Shown: in pieces, positions 9,300 through 19,645 of the stretch
Layout of the letters: every line of letters starts with the position of its first letter
Numbering within the stretch: the stretch's first letter is position 1
Assembly: GCA_018657845.1 (NCBI GenBank)
Contig: JABHWJ010000033.1
Location: 12,834 to 76,833, forward strand
Direction of reading: 5' to 3'
From: Candidatus Woesearchaeota archaeon
GTDB taxonomy: Archaea; Nanobdellota; Nanobdellia; Woesearchaeales; GW2011-AR9
DNA: 64,000 bases
The notes under the pieces: generated by a model
Seen by the model: only the letters and a program-made list of their open reading frames with translations
Database searches by the model: none
What the model was told of the DNA's origin: nothing
Made by a program: the position numbers and the translations under genes

Positions 9300-10106
9300 T
9301 TACCTCTTCAAAGATTCAAGCGCATTATCCAAGGCTTTGTCAAGACTATTATCTTTCTTAGGAACTGGTTTTGATTTGTAATCCACAGAAGGTTTTTTAG
9401 TAGCTTCATGTTTTTCCATCTTACTGTACAGTCTTGGCATCAAACCACGAAAATGTTTTTCAGTAAACTCATCATTAGTTGCGTGAAAAACTAAACGATG
9501 TTTTTTCCCTTGGTATTCTCTAATCTCAACTTCTTCGGGAGATCCATTTCCGTTACTATCAATAAACTTATACTTAAACTTTTTATCTGGAGATAATATA
9601 GAAATAAAACCATCTTTATCTGTTAAATAACTTTTCCCTTCATCTGCTGGCACTATGTAAGTTCCTTTTTGAACCATATTTTCAACATTTTCCAGGTGTT
9701 CATTAATCAGCTTTTCTCTGAAAGTTACAAACATGTCTTTGTAAACAGCACAACTCTTACCACTACAAAGCCTTTTTCCATTAACTTCTACAACATCAGG
9801 AACACCATCAGCTTGTTGGAAGTAATCACTATCATCGGACATTTTAATAGTATTACTTTGATGACGAACCATTATTGAAGCAGAAGGGTAGCCTTCTGCT
9901 GTGGGGTTCCCCTTAGCAATATAAAAAACTCTTGCCCTCTCATTTTTTTTCATATCATTTTTTAAAGCATCTTCTAATGCACCTAATACTTCGTCTGGTG
10001 TTTCTGACGCAGATAATAATCCAGGGGCAGTAACTGCTAATGTTCCAGCAACAAACGCAGTTCCCAATTTTTCTAAAAATCCTCTTCGATTCATTTTGAT
10101 TTCCAT
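9300..10106 (-). CDS. Exported protein with twin-arginine (Tat) signal
   Basis: MNRRGFL + hydrophobic helix + LSA; DGVPD and DSNGNGSPE motifs. Confidence 0.7.
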   Translation of the reverse strand: MEIKMNRRGFLEKLGTAFVAGTLAVTAPGLLSASETPDEVLGALEDALKNDMKKNERARVFYIAKGNPTAEGYPSASIMVRHQSNTIKMSDDSDYFQQADGVPDVVEVNGKRLCSGKSCAVYKDMFVTFREKLINEHLENVENMVQKGTYIVPADEGKSYLTDKDGFISILSPDKKFKYKFIDSNGNGSPEEVEIREYQGKKHRLVFHATNDEFTEKHFRGLMPRLYSKMEKHEATKKPSVDYKSKPVPKKDNSLDKALDNALESLKR

Positions 10107-10108
10107 TT

Positions 10109-10498
10109 TTATTCTTGTTTTAGATTTTCATTAAACTTTTTCATAATTTCATACTGTGGCCAAGTTAGTGTGTCAATGTAAGTAGAGAATAGTTTTGTTT
10201 GTTCTTGGTTAAAAAAACAAACCTTCTTATCAGAAATATAATCTTTATCTTGCTTGTTTACAACAGCAACGATATCTTCACCGGAACTGGTTCTTTGTAT
10301 GTAACTTCCCAAATCTTTAAGTAGACTAAATAATGGCGATTCTTGTCTTAACCTTGCAAAAGTTCCCGGCCCGCTTTCTCTTTCAATTTCACTGAAAATT
10401 CCATAAGCATAAACTTCCGGACTTGAACCAGAACCCATCTCTAAAGCAGAATAATCTCCTTCTACATTTTCAACTTTCAATATTTTTAGTAATGTCAT
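10109..10498 (-). CDS. Hypothetical protein
   Basis: 129-aa ORF tightly spaced in a 4-gene run. Confidence 0.6.
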   Translation of the reverse strand: MTLLKILKVENVEGDYSALEMGSGSSPEVYAYGIFSEIERESGPGTFARLRQESPLFSLLKDLGSYIQRTSSGEDIVAVVNKQDKDYISDKKVCFFNQEQTKLFSTYIDTLTWPQYEIMKKFNENLKQE

Positions 10499-10501
10499 TT
10501 T

Positions 10502-10840
10502 TTATTTTTCCCCTAACATTCTTAATAATCCGTGTGCTCTTGCTTTTGATTCTATTCTTGAAGCGTAAGCTGCTTCAGAATCACTAAAGTTCCAATATTT
10601 TGGATGAATTTCTATGTTTGCAGTTTCTTCTAGCTTCTCAACTACTGTACTTAATTCTAAATTTTCTAAGAATTTTTTACCCTCAGAATTAAAGTAAGGC
10701 ATTACACCATTCTCGTATCCTAATTCTCTAACTGCTAATTTTTCTACAACATGATTCATATAAACAAATGCAGGAACTCTTCTAGTTATTCCAACTGTTG
10801 CATCTTCAGGGATTTGTTTTAAAATTTCTTTATAACTCAT
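10502..10840 (-). CDS. Hypothetical protein
   Basis: 112-aa ORF preceded by GGAGG RBS. Confidence 0.65.
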   Translation of the reverse strand: MSYKEILKQIPEDATVGITRRVPAFVYMNHVVEKLAVRELGYENGVMPYFNSEGKKFLENLELSTVVEKLEETANIEIHPKYWNFSDSEAAYASRIESKARAHGLLRMLGEK

Positions 10841-10969
10841 TTTATTTCCTCCTTTGATTGTTATACCTTAGTAGTAACACCATTAATTTAACTATCTTTT
10901 CACTATCTTTCATATCTTAGATATTAAAAACCAAAAGATTTAAATAAAATTAAAGCTAAAACAAAAATC

Positions 10970-11833
10970 ATGAATAGAAAACTTATCAAACAAGGTGGAA
11001 CTGGTTTAACCGTTTATGTTCCAAAGAAATGGGTAGATCGATTAAAACTTAAGCCAGGTGATGAAGTTTCTATTAAAGAAGATGGTAATAAACTAATTCT
11101 TAATCCAGAATCTATACTCAAAGAAAAAACAATCAAACTTGATGCTACTAAATTAAATGAAGATTCATTAAGAATCGCCATCTCTTTACTTTATTGGCAA
11201 GGTTATAATAAGATAGAAATAACCAACAAAAAAAAGTTTTCTTTTACGGGAATAAATAAGATTGTCGACAGTTTCATTGGTATGGTTATTACAGAACAAA
11301 CTGACCATAAAGTAATTGTTCAGAATACAATTAAAGAAAATTCTGAAGACTTGGACAAGATCATTAATAAATTGTTTATCACTGTTAAATATATGTTTTC
11401 TTATTTATTAGATAACTTTTCTAAAAACCTAGAGACTGATTCCGAAATCTTAGAACTTAGAAATTCAATCTTAAAACAAAGTAATTATTGTCAGAAGTTA
11501 ATTTTTGTAAATAATTTTGGTAGGGAGAAAACTTATGAATATGATATTTTAGTTCTAATGTTAAAGAAAATTTCGGGTTCATTGTTTTATCTTACTAAGA
11601 ACAAGCTACCTTTAAAGAAAACAAAAAATTATCTTAAAAAAGCATTTTTTTGGTTTGAATCCTTACACTCAAATTTATTAAAAAAAGATTACCATTCTTC
11701 TCTAGAGATTTACGAATTATTAAATAAAGAAAAACTTAGACTATACCAAGAACAGAATGATAATGTCATCCTTGGAGCAATGGTTGAACATATGTTCAGT
11801 CTCTCGTTAAGAATAATTAGTATATTGATTTAA
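10970..11833 (+). CDS. AbrB/MazE-domain phosphate uptake regulator (archaeal PhoU-like)
   Basis: N-terminal RKLIKQGGTGLTVYVPKKWV..LKPGDEV, then LYWQGY motif and helical body. Confidence 0.8.
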   Translation: MNRKLIKQGGTGLTVYVPKKWVDRLKLKPGDEVSIKEDGNKLILNPESILKEKTIKLDATKLNEDSLRIAISLLYWQGYNKIEITNKKKFSFTGINKIVDSFIGMVITEQTDHKVIVQNTIKENSEDLDKIINKLFITVKYMFSYLLDNFSKNLETDSEILELRNSILKQSNYCQKLIFVNNFGREKTYEYDILVLMLKKISGSLFYLTKNKLPLKKTKNYLKKAFFWFESLHSNLLKKDYHSSLEIYELLNKEKLRLYQEQNDNVILGAMVEHMFSLSLRIISILI

Positions 11834-11937
11834 AAATATTTTACTAATAAAATTCATTTCTTTGGTTAAATATTATCTCTGGAAAATATCGCAATTTTAT
11901 CAATAATCTTTATAAACTCCCTGCTTGAAGCATTCTT

Positions 11938-12552
11938 ATGGTTGATTATTCAGGTATGATTTATCGTAAAAAATGGGACCCCACTTATAGTTTTGTAGAT
12001 GAACAAATATTAATAGATGGGGTTAGTGATAACTTAACAGAGATTATTCATTCTGCTTGGAATGACACCTTAAGAAATGTTTCTCCAGAACCAAGTAATC
12101 AGTGGCAATCTTCAGCAAAAAAGTTTGTTAAAAAGTTAAGAAAAAACTTACCTTTTGCAGGAGTCCATGGCATTTCTTCTTTTGGTAGAAATGAATATTT
12201 ACTTGAACGAAGCCAAAAACATTACTTGAGAAACTTTGGAGATGAACCAATCCCCTTAACAACTTTAGGAAGAAATAAAATGATAAATTGTATTGGCCAA
12301 GCCTTATCTGTAAAAATGGCACTTGCAGAATTGGCCGATTGGGAACTTTATAATTGTACCCAAGATTCTTTCATCGGCACCCATGGTGTTTTAAGTCTAG
12401 TTTCAGATGATTGTGCTTTAGTCTTAGATCCAGTTTCAGCAAATAGTACGGGGATTCATCCAAGTAAGAATTTTCGTATGGACTATGTCTTATCTGAAGG
12501 GAAAACATTATTAATCCCTGGAGAAGAACCTTCTTTTGGTTTCTTTGGATAG
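11938..12552 (+). CDS. Hypothetical protein, possible transglutaminase/papain-like Cys-His-Asp hydrolase
   Basis: INCIGQA ... GTHGVL ... LVLDP. Confidence 0.5.
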   Translation: MVDYSGMIYRKKWDPTYSFVDEQILIDGVSDNLTEIIHSAWNDTLRNVSPEPSNQWQSSAKKFVKKLRKNLPFAGVHGISSFGRNEYLLERSQKHYLRNFGDEPIPLTTLGRNKMINCIGQALSVKMALAELADWELYNCTQDSFIGTHGVLSLVSDDCALVLDPVSANSTGIHPSKNFRMDYVLSEGKTLLIPGEEPSFGFFG

Positions 12553-12558
12553 AAATTT

Positions 12559-13047
12559 TTAATTGACTTCACTCCTAAGATAATCTTCTAATTTTTTTTG
12601 TTGAAATTCAGAATGAATGAATTCTTTTCCATCTCTGCTTAGTCTTATATCTCCTCGAAGTTCATTTTGGCCAGTTAACACATAACCACAATAACCTTTA
12701 GAATTACCAGCAACTTCTAAATTAACAACTTGACCTGCCAATCTTATTTCTTTATGGACATTATAAGAGGTTACAAAGTTATCTTGATGTTGACCATCGC
12801 GAGAGTAACCAGCAAATAATTCTACTGACCCTTTTTTTGGAAATTTATATTCTATTCCTAAATCTTTTAGAGTTTCTTCAAGATGATCATAAACTTTACT
12901 TACACAAGGTAGAAATTTAAGCATTTGAGCACAACCATAAAATTGATCCTCATTTCGCATTTTATGTCTATCTGCGAATTTTCTTACTTTTGCTTCTAAA
13001 CCAGCAAAGTTTCTAAAATTACTTTTTTCGTTGTCTACTGTTCTCAT
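12559..13047 (-). CDS. Hypothetical protein
   Basis: 162-aa ORF downstream of tRNA-Thr. Confidence 0.55.
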   Translation of the reverse strand: MRTVDNEKSNFRNFAGLEAKVRKFADRHKMRNEDQFYGCAQMLKFLPCVSKVYDHLEETLKDLGIEYKFPKKGSVELFAGYSRDGQHQDNFVTSYNVHKEIRLAGQVVNLEVAGNSKGYCGYVLTGQNELRGDIRLSRDGKEFIHSEFQQKKLEDYLRSEVN

Positions 13048-13104
13048 ATTTTTGTGATTGTTGTTTTTATTAATAAATATTTATATGTTTGGGAAGTGAA
13101 AGTA

Positions 13105-13176
13105 AGCCCCTGCCGAGATTTGAACTCGGGATCTCTGCATTACCAATGCAACGCTATACCACTAAGCCACAGGGGC
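13105..13176 (-). tRNA. tRNA-Thr(GGT), no intron
   Basis: Acceptor GCCCCTG/CAGGGGC, anticodon arm TTGCA-TTGGTAA-TGCAG, T arm CCGAG-TTCAAAT-CTCGG. Confidence 0.95.
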
Positions 13177-13218
13177 AATAAACAATAAAAATCAAGAAGT
13201 TCTATTTAAAGATTACTA

Positions 13219-13749
13219 TTATTTTCTTGTCCTTGACAATATTTTTTCTAACCTACTATTCTCTATTCTCGTTTCTCTTAATTCTCCACTAGTCTTCTCT
13301 TCCCTCATTGCTAATTCTTTTGTCATTGCTAACATAACTTTATATCCGATCCGACTTTGAGATTCCATTAAATTATATAACTCCCCACCATCAATCTCCA
13401 TTAAATAACTTTCAGTTGTCGCAGTTACAGTGGCAGTTCTTGGCTTGCCTAATAAGGCTCCAATCTCTCCAAAGAAATTCCCTTCTTTAAGTTGTGCCAC
13501 TACTTGAGTTCCCAGATTAGGATGTTCGAATGAAACTGCTACTGTTCCTTGTTGAATCACATAAAAAGAATCTCCTTTATCACCTTCTATTACTACTTTT
13601 TCTTTGGGTTGATACACCAAAGGATTAACCAATCCATAAACTTCCTGTAATTCTCCCGGCAACAATTCCGAAAACAGATACATATATTGTAATAATTTTT
13701 CCATCTGAATAAAACTATTTCTTAGTTTAAAACCATTATCAATCGCCAA
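13219..13749 (-). CDS. Cyclic nucleotide-binding domain protein
   Basis: EGDKGDSFYVI..G, FFGEIGAL..PRTATV. Confidence 0.9.
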   Translation of the reverse strand: MAIDNGFKLRNSFIQMEKLLQYMYLFSELLPGELQEVYGLVNPLVYQPKEKVVIEGDKGDSFYVIQQGTVAVSFEHPNLGTQVVAQLKEGNFFGEIGALLGKPRTATVTATTESYLMEIDGGELYNLMESQSRIGYKVMLAMTKELAMREEKTSGELRETRIENSRLEKILSRTRK

Positions 13750-13797
13750 ACTATATATTAAAGAAATATAAAAACATTCTGAAAGAAAAAATAAAAA

Positions 13798-14832
13798 TTA
13801 ATAATAAATTGATTCAGTTTTAAGAGGAACATCAGTAACAATATGTTCCAATAATCCTTTTGGGCAAGTTTCACTAAGCTCCATTAACTTTTCGTTAGTT
13901 GGAACCAATTCTTCTTTCAATTCTTCATCTAAGATATCAGTATATTCTGAAGCTCCACGATCATCAAAAGAAATTTGAACCGGTAACTTTGCAAGTAGGT
14001 TACTCATTTCATGTTTATATCGATTATGTACTCCATTAACTTCTGCTTTTTTGTCCCAAATCTTTCCTGCTTTTATAACTTCTTTTGCAATTCCTTGTAA
14101 TTGTGCAGAGTTTCCCACCACAAATTGTTTTAGTTCTTCTGCAGCAGCAATTGTAGCTCTAACATTATCCACAGTAGGTTCTGCAATTAAAGCATATCCT
14201 TTATTTTGGTCATGGAAATGAAAAGCTTTTCCAAAAGTGGTCTTATCATCTAAATTCAAAGGTTCTCCTCTAACTAAAGATTTCAGAATGGGTAAGGATA
14301 TTCCTGAATTTAAAACATAATCCTCTTTATCTGCAGGAATATAATGATGTACTAAAACATAAGCTGCAAAATTATTAACAGTAACACTTAATATATCACT
14401 TGCAAACCCAAATTCACCATCAGGATGAAGATCAGTAGCTAAGTGTACTTTAACACAAGCTTGTGCAACCTTTTCAGAGTTAAGATAAACTAAATCGTGA
14501 TTTTCAGCAGAAGAAATTATGCCCTCGCTACAATCGTTATTTGCTCTTCTAATATCCTGTTCCAAATCATAAAATGGTTCTTCTATGGTGCCAAAATATT
14601 CTGGAAATGATGCAACTAAAGCAGAGTTTGCTACTCTTCTCCAATTACGTAAGCTTAAAAATTCATTCTCTTTACTAGGATGGAGATGGGCTTCACCTTC
14701 TTCTTGTTCAGCAGTTAAACCATATTGAACTGTTACTGGCATACCCGCAATAACTTCTTTGTATCCAACACCTTCAACGGAAGGTGCTTCTTGCCCTAAA
14801 ACAACATTATTAATTGAAATTATTGGTCTCAT
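13798..14832 (-). CDS. Hypothetical protein
   Basis: 344-aa ORF with RBS-like GGGGT; no family recognised. Confidence 0.6.
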   Translation of the reverse strand: MRPIISINNVVLGQEAPSVEGVGYKEVIAGMPVTVQYGLTAEQEEGEAHLHPSKENEFLSLRNWRRVANSALVASFPEYFGTIEEPFYDLEQDIRRANNDCSEGIISSAENHDLVYLNSEKVAQACVKVHLATDLHPDGEFGFASDILSVTVNNFAAYVLVHHYIPADKEDYVLNSGISLPILKSLVRGEPLNLDDKTTFGKAFHFHDQNKGYALIAEPTVDNVRATIAAAEELKQFVVGNSAQLQGIAKEVIKAGKIWDKKAEVNGVHNRYKHEMSNLLAKLPVQISFDDRGASEYTDILDEELKEELVPTNEKLMELSETCPKGLLEHIVTDVPLKTESIYY

Positions 14833-14979
14833 TTTATTTACCCCTTACTATCTCCCCTTATTTATTTTGATATTAGCACTTATTTAAAAAGATTTAGGTG
14901 AGTTCAGCATTATTTATCTTATCCAGCATATACTTTTTACAACCGTCAAAATTGTAGAGCTGCATATATCCCAAAGAAA

Positions 14980-15101
14980 TGGTGTGGGGGAGGGGATTTG
15001 AACCCCCGAACCTACTAAAGGACAGGATATCTCACAGGCCTGAGCCTCGAAACTTAATTGTCTTAAGTCCTGCGGATTTGACCAGACTTTCCTACCCCCA
15101 C
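14980..15101 (-). tRNA. tRNA-Leu(TAA) with 33-nt intron at 37/38 (15029..15061); CCA encoded
   Basis: CAGGA-CT-TAA-G|intron|A-TCCTG, long variable arm, BHB helix CTTA/TGAG, 3' ACCA. Confidence 0.93.
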
Positions 15102-15177
15102 ATATCTGATCTCACAGGTGTCCGTTTTTTAGTAAGACAAGCAACAAAAACAACCCCTATTTAAAAAACTTTTCTAA

Positions 15178-16146
15178 TCAAAAACCTAGGTAGATTACTC
15201 TTCCTACATTGCCGACATGATCCACAACTGCTTTAGTTCGGTCTATTAAGAATGCAATCTTTTCAATAGGTTTGTTTTCGAGATAAAACTTATCACAAAG
15301 CATCATTGCTTCATCACGAGAATTAAGTACACTATGAACTAAAGGCAAATCATGAGTGTGGTAAGCCTTCATAATATCTAAATAAATTCTTTCTATCTTA
15401 TTAAGTATCTCCACATACTCTTCTTGTTTCTTTTTATTAAGTTTGATTTCTCCCATAAATCTCGCAGTTCTTTTAACTTCATCAGCCACAGATTCTAATT
15501 CAAAAGCAAGCCACCACAGATTAGATAAATCTATTGCCATTAATCCAAATTTCTTAATCATATAAGAGGCATTTTCAAAACCATACCTCACAATTCTAAA
15601 CATTAAGAACACTAATTTATTAACATCATTATCTCTATAATTTATACTCTCATAAGTGTCTTCGATAAACATGTTCTTACAATCTTCAAACATAGACCGA
15701 ATAATTACATCAATTTTCCGAGTTATGGTCTTAGTTGACACATCATCCATATTCAAAAAATCTTTAGCTACAATCTTTTTTGTGGTTTGTTCCATTACTT
15801 CTAACGCAACTAAACTTTGAATTATTGGTTGAATCTCTTTGGCCTTATCTTTTATATCATTACCAGCCAAGATAATTGTTTTATTATTTTTGATATAGCC
15901 TCCAATAATCTCCCGCTTGATTTGCCTCATCTCTTTTCCATCAATATTTATAGTAACTTCCCGGTTATTTGCAACCTGATTCCCAGTAATACTCAAAATT
16001 AAATCTGGGTCTTTTTCATCAAAATAAATCAAGGCTCCCTTTTCCAACTTATTTTTTCTAACCCATGCCTTAGGCAGGCTAACTACATAACTACTTTTAC
16101 CAAAAGAAATTAATTTTCTATACTCTATTTTGCCAACCCCAAACAA
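15178..16146 (-). CDS. AbrB-domain phosphate uptake regulator PhoU-like
   Basis: RKLISFGKSSYVVSLPKAWV; PhoU-type DNDVNK and LESVAD motifs. Confidence 0.85.
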   Translation of the reverse strand: MFGVGKIEYRKLISFGKSSYVVSLPKAWVRKNKLEKGALIYFDEKDPDLILSITGNQVANNREVTINIDGKEMRQIKREIIGGYIKNNKTIILAGNDIKDKAKEIQPIIQSLVALEVMEQTTKKIVAKDFLNMDDVSTKTITRKIDVIIRSMFEDCKNMFIEDTYESINYRDNDVNKLVFLMFRIVRYGFENASYMIKKFGLMAIDLSNLWWLAFELESVADEVKRTARFMGEIKLNKKKQEEYVEILNKIERIYLDIMKAYHTHDLPLVHSVLNSRDEAMMLCDKFYLENKPIEKIAFLIDRTKAVVDHVGNVGRVIYLGF

Positions 16147-16305
16147 CTATATACTCTTTTAAAAAATATATACTGTTCAAAATTTATTTATATTTAAATG
16201 TTTCTTTTAAAAATGTAAACTATTGGCTTAATAATTATCAATCCTTATCAAAATAATTCAACCAAAAGCAATATTTATAAACAATTTAGCAATTACCTTA
16301 CCTCT

Positions 16306-16995
16306 ATGAAAACAGTAGGAATAATTGGAGGTCTTGGACCAGAGACAACTTCGGAATTTTACTTAGATATAGTTTTCTCATGTTACAAGAAAACTAAAAA
16401 AGCTAGACCTGGAATAATCATCGCCAGTGTCCCTTTACCTTATCAGATCGAAGAAGACTTAATCATGAATAATGAGGGAAGTGAAAGGTACCTGCCTTTT
16501 TTAGTTTCTGAAGCAAAAAGATTGGAAAAAGCAGGCGCAGATTTTATTGTGATGCCCTGTAATTCACTTCATGTTTTCATTGAAGAAATTCGGAACGCTG
16601 TAAATATTCCTGTTTTGAGTATTATCGAAGAGACAGTAAAGTTCCTCAAAAAGAATAAATTCAAAAAAGCAGGAATTGTTTCAACATCTGCAACAATCAA
16701 GAATAAATTATATGAACACGCTTTTAAAAAAAATAATATTGCCTATGTAACTCCAGATGATTTTCAACAGGCAAAAATGGGAAAATTTATTCTAAATCTT
16801 GTTACTGGTCAGCAAAAGAATAGCGATAGAGAAGAACTTATCAAAATAATTAATGATTTTGAAAAGAAGGGCGTTGACTGTGTTGCACTTGCCTGCACAG
16901 ACCTCCAATTACTAATTCCAAAACATCCATCCTTGAAAATATTTGATACAATGAAAATATTCGCTGACGCAACTGTAGATATGATCCTAGAATAA
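16306..16995 (+). CDS. Aspartate/amino-acid racemase
   Basis: GIIGGLGP, MPCNS and LACTDL catalytic Cys motifs. Confidence 0.9.
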   Translation: MKTVGIIGGLGPETTSEFYLDIVFSCYKKTKKARPGIIIASVPLPYQIEEDLIMNNEGSERYLPFLVSEAKRLEKAGADFIVMPCNSLHVFIEEIRNAVNIPVLSIIEETVKFLKKNKFKKAGIVSTSATIKNKLYEHAFKKNNIAYVTPDDFQQAKMGKFILNLVTGQQKNSDREELIKIINDFEKKGVDCVALACTDLQLLIPKHPSLKIFDTMKIFADATVDMILE

Positions 16996-17084
16996 CTCTG
17001 ACTCTATTGAGTGTCTTGACTACTTAACAAAGATAATCACCTAAAACAAAAACATTTTAATACTCTACTATTTTTATTCTCTTA

Positions 17085-17879
17085 ATGGATGTTTTAAAAA
17101 GAGGTTATCATAACTCATTGAAAGTAATCAAACAACATAAATTAATTTTCTTCTCCTTAATCATATTACAAATATTAACTCTGGCAATTCTTGCTAGTGT
17201 AGGAATAAAATTTACTATTTTAATTTCTGAAAACAATCAAGAGATTGGTTATTATTTGGATAATGCCAATTATGATAGTGAATCTCTAAAATCTGGCCAA
17301 CCTTTCATCAAAGAAACTGTTGCTTTACAAAAAAGCTACCAATCTTTAATCAAAAATATTTGGTGGTTAGTCCTGATAAGTTTTGGAATCTATTTATTCT
17401 TTGACGGGTTGAATTGGAGTCTAACTAATTATCTTTTCAAAAAAACTAATCTCTTCAAGAATTGGTTAAACTTCACCATCCTTTCTTTACTTTTTATTGT
17501 TCCAGTTTCTTTAATTATTTACTCAATCTTCAAAAGCGCAGTTGGTATCGACTTAGGAGTTTTCGAATTAGTAATTTATGGATTAACATTTCTTGCAGTC
17601 ATCACTTATTACTTCCTAGCCGTCGCCTATTCCTTCTTAGAAAAAGACCTTCAATCAATATTTAAAAACCTCCAATTAATTGGAATAAGAAAAGTCTTCC
17701 CAGTGATCCTAGTTACAATATCAAACCTCGTCCTGATATCTATTTCATTAATTCTTATTTATCTCTCTCAAGATAATCTCCTCGCTATGACTGCCAGTAT
17801 TTTGTTACTCTCCTTAATCCTTACCTTAACTAGAATATTTTTTGTAGGAAACCTCAAATCCTTATCCCAAAAAGAATAA
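17085..17879 (+). CDS. Multi-pass membrane protein
   Basis: About six hydrophobic segments. Confidence 0.7.
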   Translation: MDVLKRGYHNSLKVIKQHKLIFFSLIILQILTLAILASVGIKFTILISENNQEIGYYLDNANYDSESLKSGQPFIKETVALQKSYQSLIKNIWWLVLISFGIYLFFDGLNWSLTNYLFKKTNLFKNWLNFTILSLLFIVPVSLIIYSIFKSAVGIDLGVFELVIYGLTFLAVITYYFLAVAYSFLEKDLQSIFKNLQLIGIRKVFPVILVTISNLVLISISLILIYLSQDNLLAMTASILLLSLILTLTRIFFVGNLKSLSQKE

Positions 17880-17955
17880 TTAAAGATATTAATTTAACAT
17901 AAAAATAAAAAGTTTTATTAACTAAAAAACTTAACAAATAAAAAAGAGGAATAAT

Positions 17956-19143
17956 ATGGCCGCACTAGAAATCATCACTGCACTTTCTATTTTACTATTG
18001 GTGGGAGTAATCCTAACTTATCTTTGTGGAAAATTAAAAATTTCTAATGTTTTTTTCCTTATCGTCGCCGGATTCTTAATGTCCTTTATCAAACTCCAAG
18101 GACAAAGTTTAGTTGTTTTTTCTACAGAATTCCTCACCTCTGTAGCCATCATTGCCTTAATCATGATTGTTTTTGACTCTACTTCCAGATTTAGAGTAAG
18201 AGAAATTGCTAAAGAAACTAGTTTTGCTCTCGAAGTCAGTTTGTTATTTATGGTTGTTAGTCTTGTTGTCATTCCAATTGTTACCCATTTTCTGTTTGGG
18301 TTCGCATGGTGGATCAGCATTCTTTTTGCTTCTATGATGCTTGGAACTGACCCCAGTGCAGTAGTCTCTGTTCTAAAAGACATCAAACACCACTCCATAA
18401 CCTTCTTAGAATGGGAATCTGTGATCAATACCCCTTTAACAGTTATTATCCCTTTTATGGTTATTGAAATGTCCAAAACATTTTCTTGGGGAACTATAGT
18501 TGGAAGTTTCTTAGAACAAATTATTCCTTTCTTGCAACAAATCGTCACTGGAATTGGTGCAGGTATAGTTGTTTTCTTATTAATCTTTAAAATCTTAAAA
18601 GGAAAGTATCTTGAAGTATTAACTCCCGTAACTCTATTAGTCTCAGCTCTTCTAACTTATGTACTTGCTGAAGGACTTAAAGGTAATGGGATTCTTGCCG
18701 TTACCGCATTAGGAATTTTATTTGGAAATGTTTATTTTCAAAAGAAAGAAACTCTTCAAACTTTTGGACAAGTCCTTTCTACATTATTTGAGATTCTTGT
18801 TTTCCTTTTACTAGGATTATCCATTAAACTCCCAGGTAGTTGGGTATTTTATGTTAAGGCCCTAATCTTATTTGTGGTCTACTTAGCTCTAAGAGGAGGA
18901 GTAATTTTCTTGATTTTCAAAAATACAAAAGATAGAACTATTAAAGAAAAGGTTTTCATGACTCTTAACTCTTCCAAGGGAGTTGCCGTGGCAGTTGTTG
19001 TTTTCTTCCTCATCTCTTTAGGAATCGGACGAGAAGTTATAGACTTAGGAGTTTTATTCATCCTTTACTCATTAATTGTTTCTACAATTATGGGCAAATC
19101 ATCTAAATTCTTTCTTCATGTCGAAGCGAAGGGATTGAAATGA
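17956..19143 (+). CDS. Cation:proton antiporter (CPA1/NhaP-like)
   Basis: GTDP and WESVINTP motifs; about 12 TM helices. Confidence 0.85.
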   Translation: MAALEIITALSILLLVGVILTYLCGKLKISNVFFLIVAGFLMSFIKLQGQSLVVFSTEFLTSVAIIALIMIVFDSTSRFRVREIAKETSFALEVSLLFMVVSLVVIPIVTHFLFGFAWWISILFASMMLGTDPSAVVSVLKDIKHHSITFLEWESVINTPLTVIIPFMVIEMSKTFSWGTIVGSFLEQIIPFLQQIVTGIGAGIVVFLLIFKILKGKYLEVLTPVTLLVSALLTYVLAEGLKGNGILAVTALGILFGNVYFQKKETLQTFGQVLSTLFEILVFLLLGLSIKLPGSWVFYVKALILFVVYLALRGGVIFLIFKNTKDRTIKEKVFMTLNSSKGVAVAVVVFFLISLGIGREVIDLGVLFILYSLIVSTIMGKSSKFFLHVEAKGLK

Positions 19144-19517
19144 AAACAGTAATTTTAGACACCAATATATTTATGGCCATTTCTGAGTTTAAATTAGATG
19201 TCTTCGCTGAAATAGATAACTCTCTTGATTTTAAATACGAACTTAGAATTTTAGATAAAACCATAGACGAACTCGAGAAAATAATCTCTGAACAACGAGG
19301 AAAGTACAGAACCGCTGCTAAATTAGCCTTGGCCATTCTTAAGAAAAAAGAAATTAAAAAGATTAAAACCCCTTCTGGAAATGTTGATGACTTATTGGTA
19401 AACTTATCCAAAAAACCAGATATACTTGTTGCCACTCAAGATCTCGGCCTAAAAAGACGTCTTTCTAAACCATACATCACTATTAGACAGAAAAGAAAGT
19501 TTGTTTTGGTCTGGTAA
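19140..19517 (+). CDS. PIN-domain protein (Fcf1/Utp24-like) preceding rpoE
   Basis: VILDTN, IDELEK, VDD, VATQD; conserved archaeal context. Confidence 0.85.
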   Translation: MKTVILDTNIFMAISEFKLDVFAEIDNSLDFKYELRILDKTIDELEKIISEQRGKYRTAAKLALAILKKKEIKKIKTPSGNVDDLLVNLSKKPDILVATQDLGLKRRLSKPYITIRQKRKFVLVW

Positions 19518-19645
19518 TCTGATGGATCAAATTTAAGAAATATTAAGAGATATAAGAGTCATTATCGCTTTTTTAATTGATTCTCCCCATCCAACTCAAC
19601 TCAATCAGAAACATTTATAAATAAACTCATTAAATTACTCTTAAA

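Noticed and set aside
13105..13135. 24-bp identity with the sequence near 48552 (possible att pair)
   Set aside because: Both are T-arms of complete tRNA-Thr isoacceptor genes
14979..15164. 61-aa ORF on + strand
   Set aside because: Antisense shadow of tRNA-Leu(TAA)
18018..18548. 176-aa antisense ORF, and similar ones such as 21169..21540, 28829..29152, 44084..44653, 59336..59806
   Set aside because: Lie opposite well-supported genes, show antisense-type composition and have no motifs
19518..19609. 9-bp imperfect terminal IR (TCTGATGGA/TCAATCAGA) around 92 bp, possible MITE or C/D RNA
   Set aside because: No second copy, no target duplication, no proper C/D boxes
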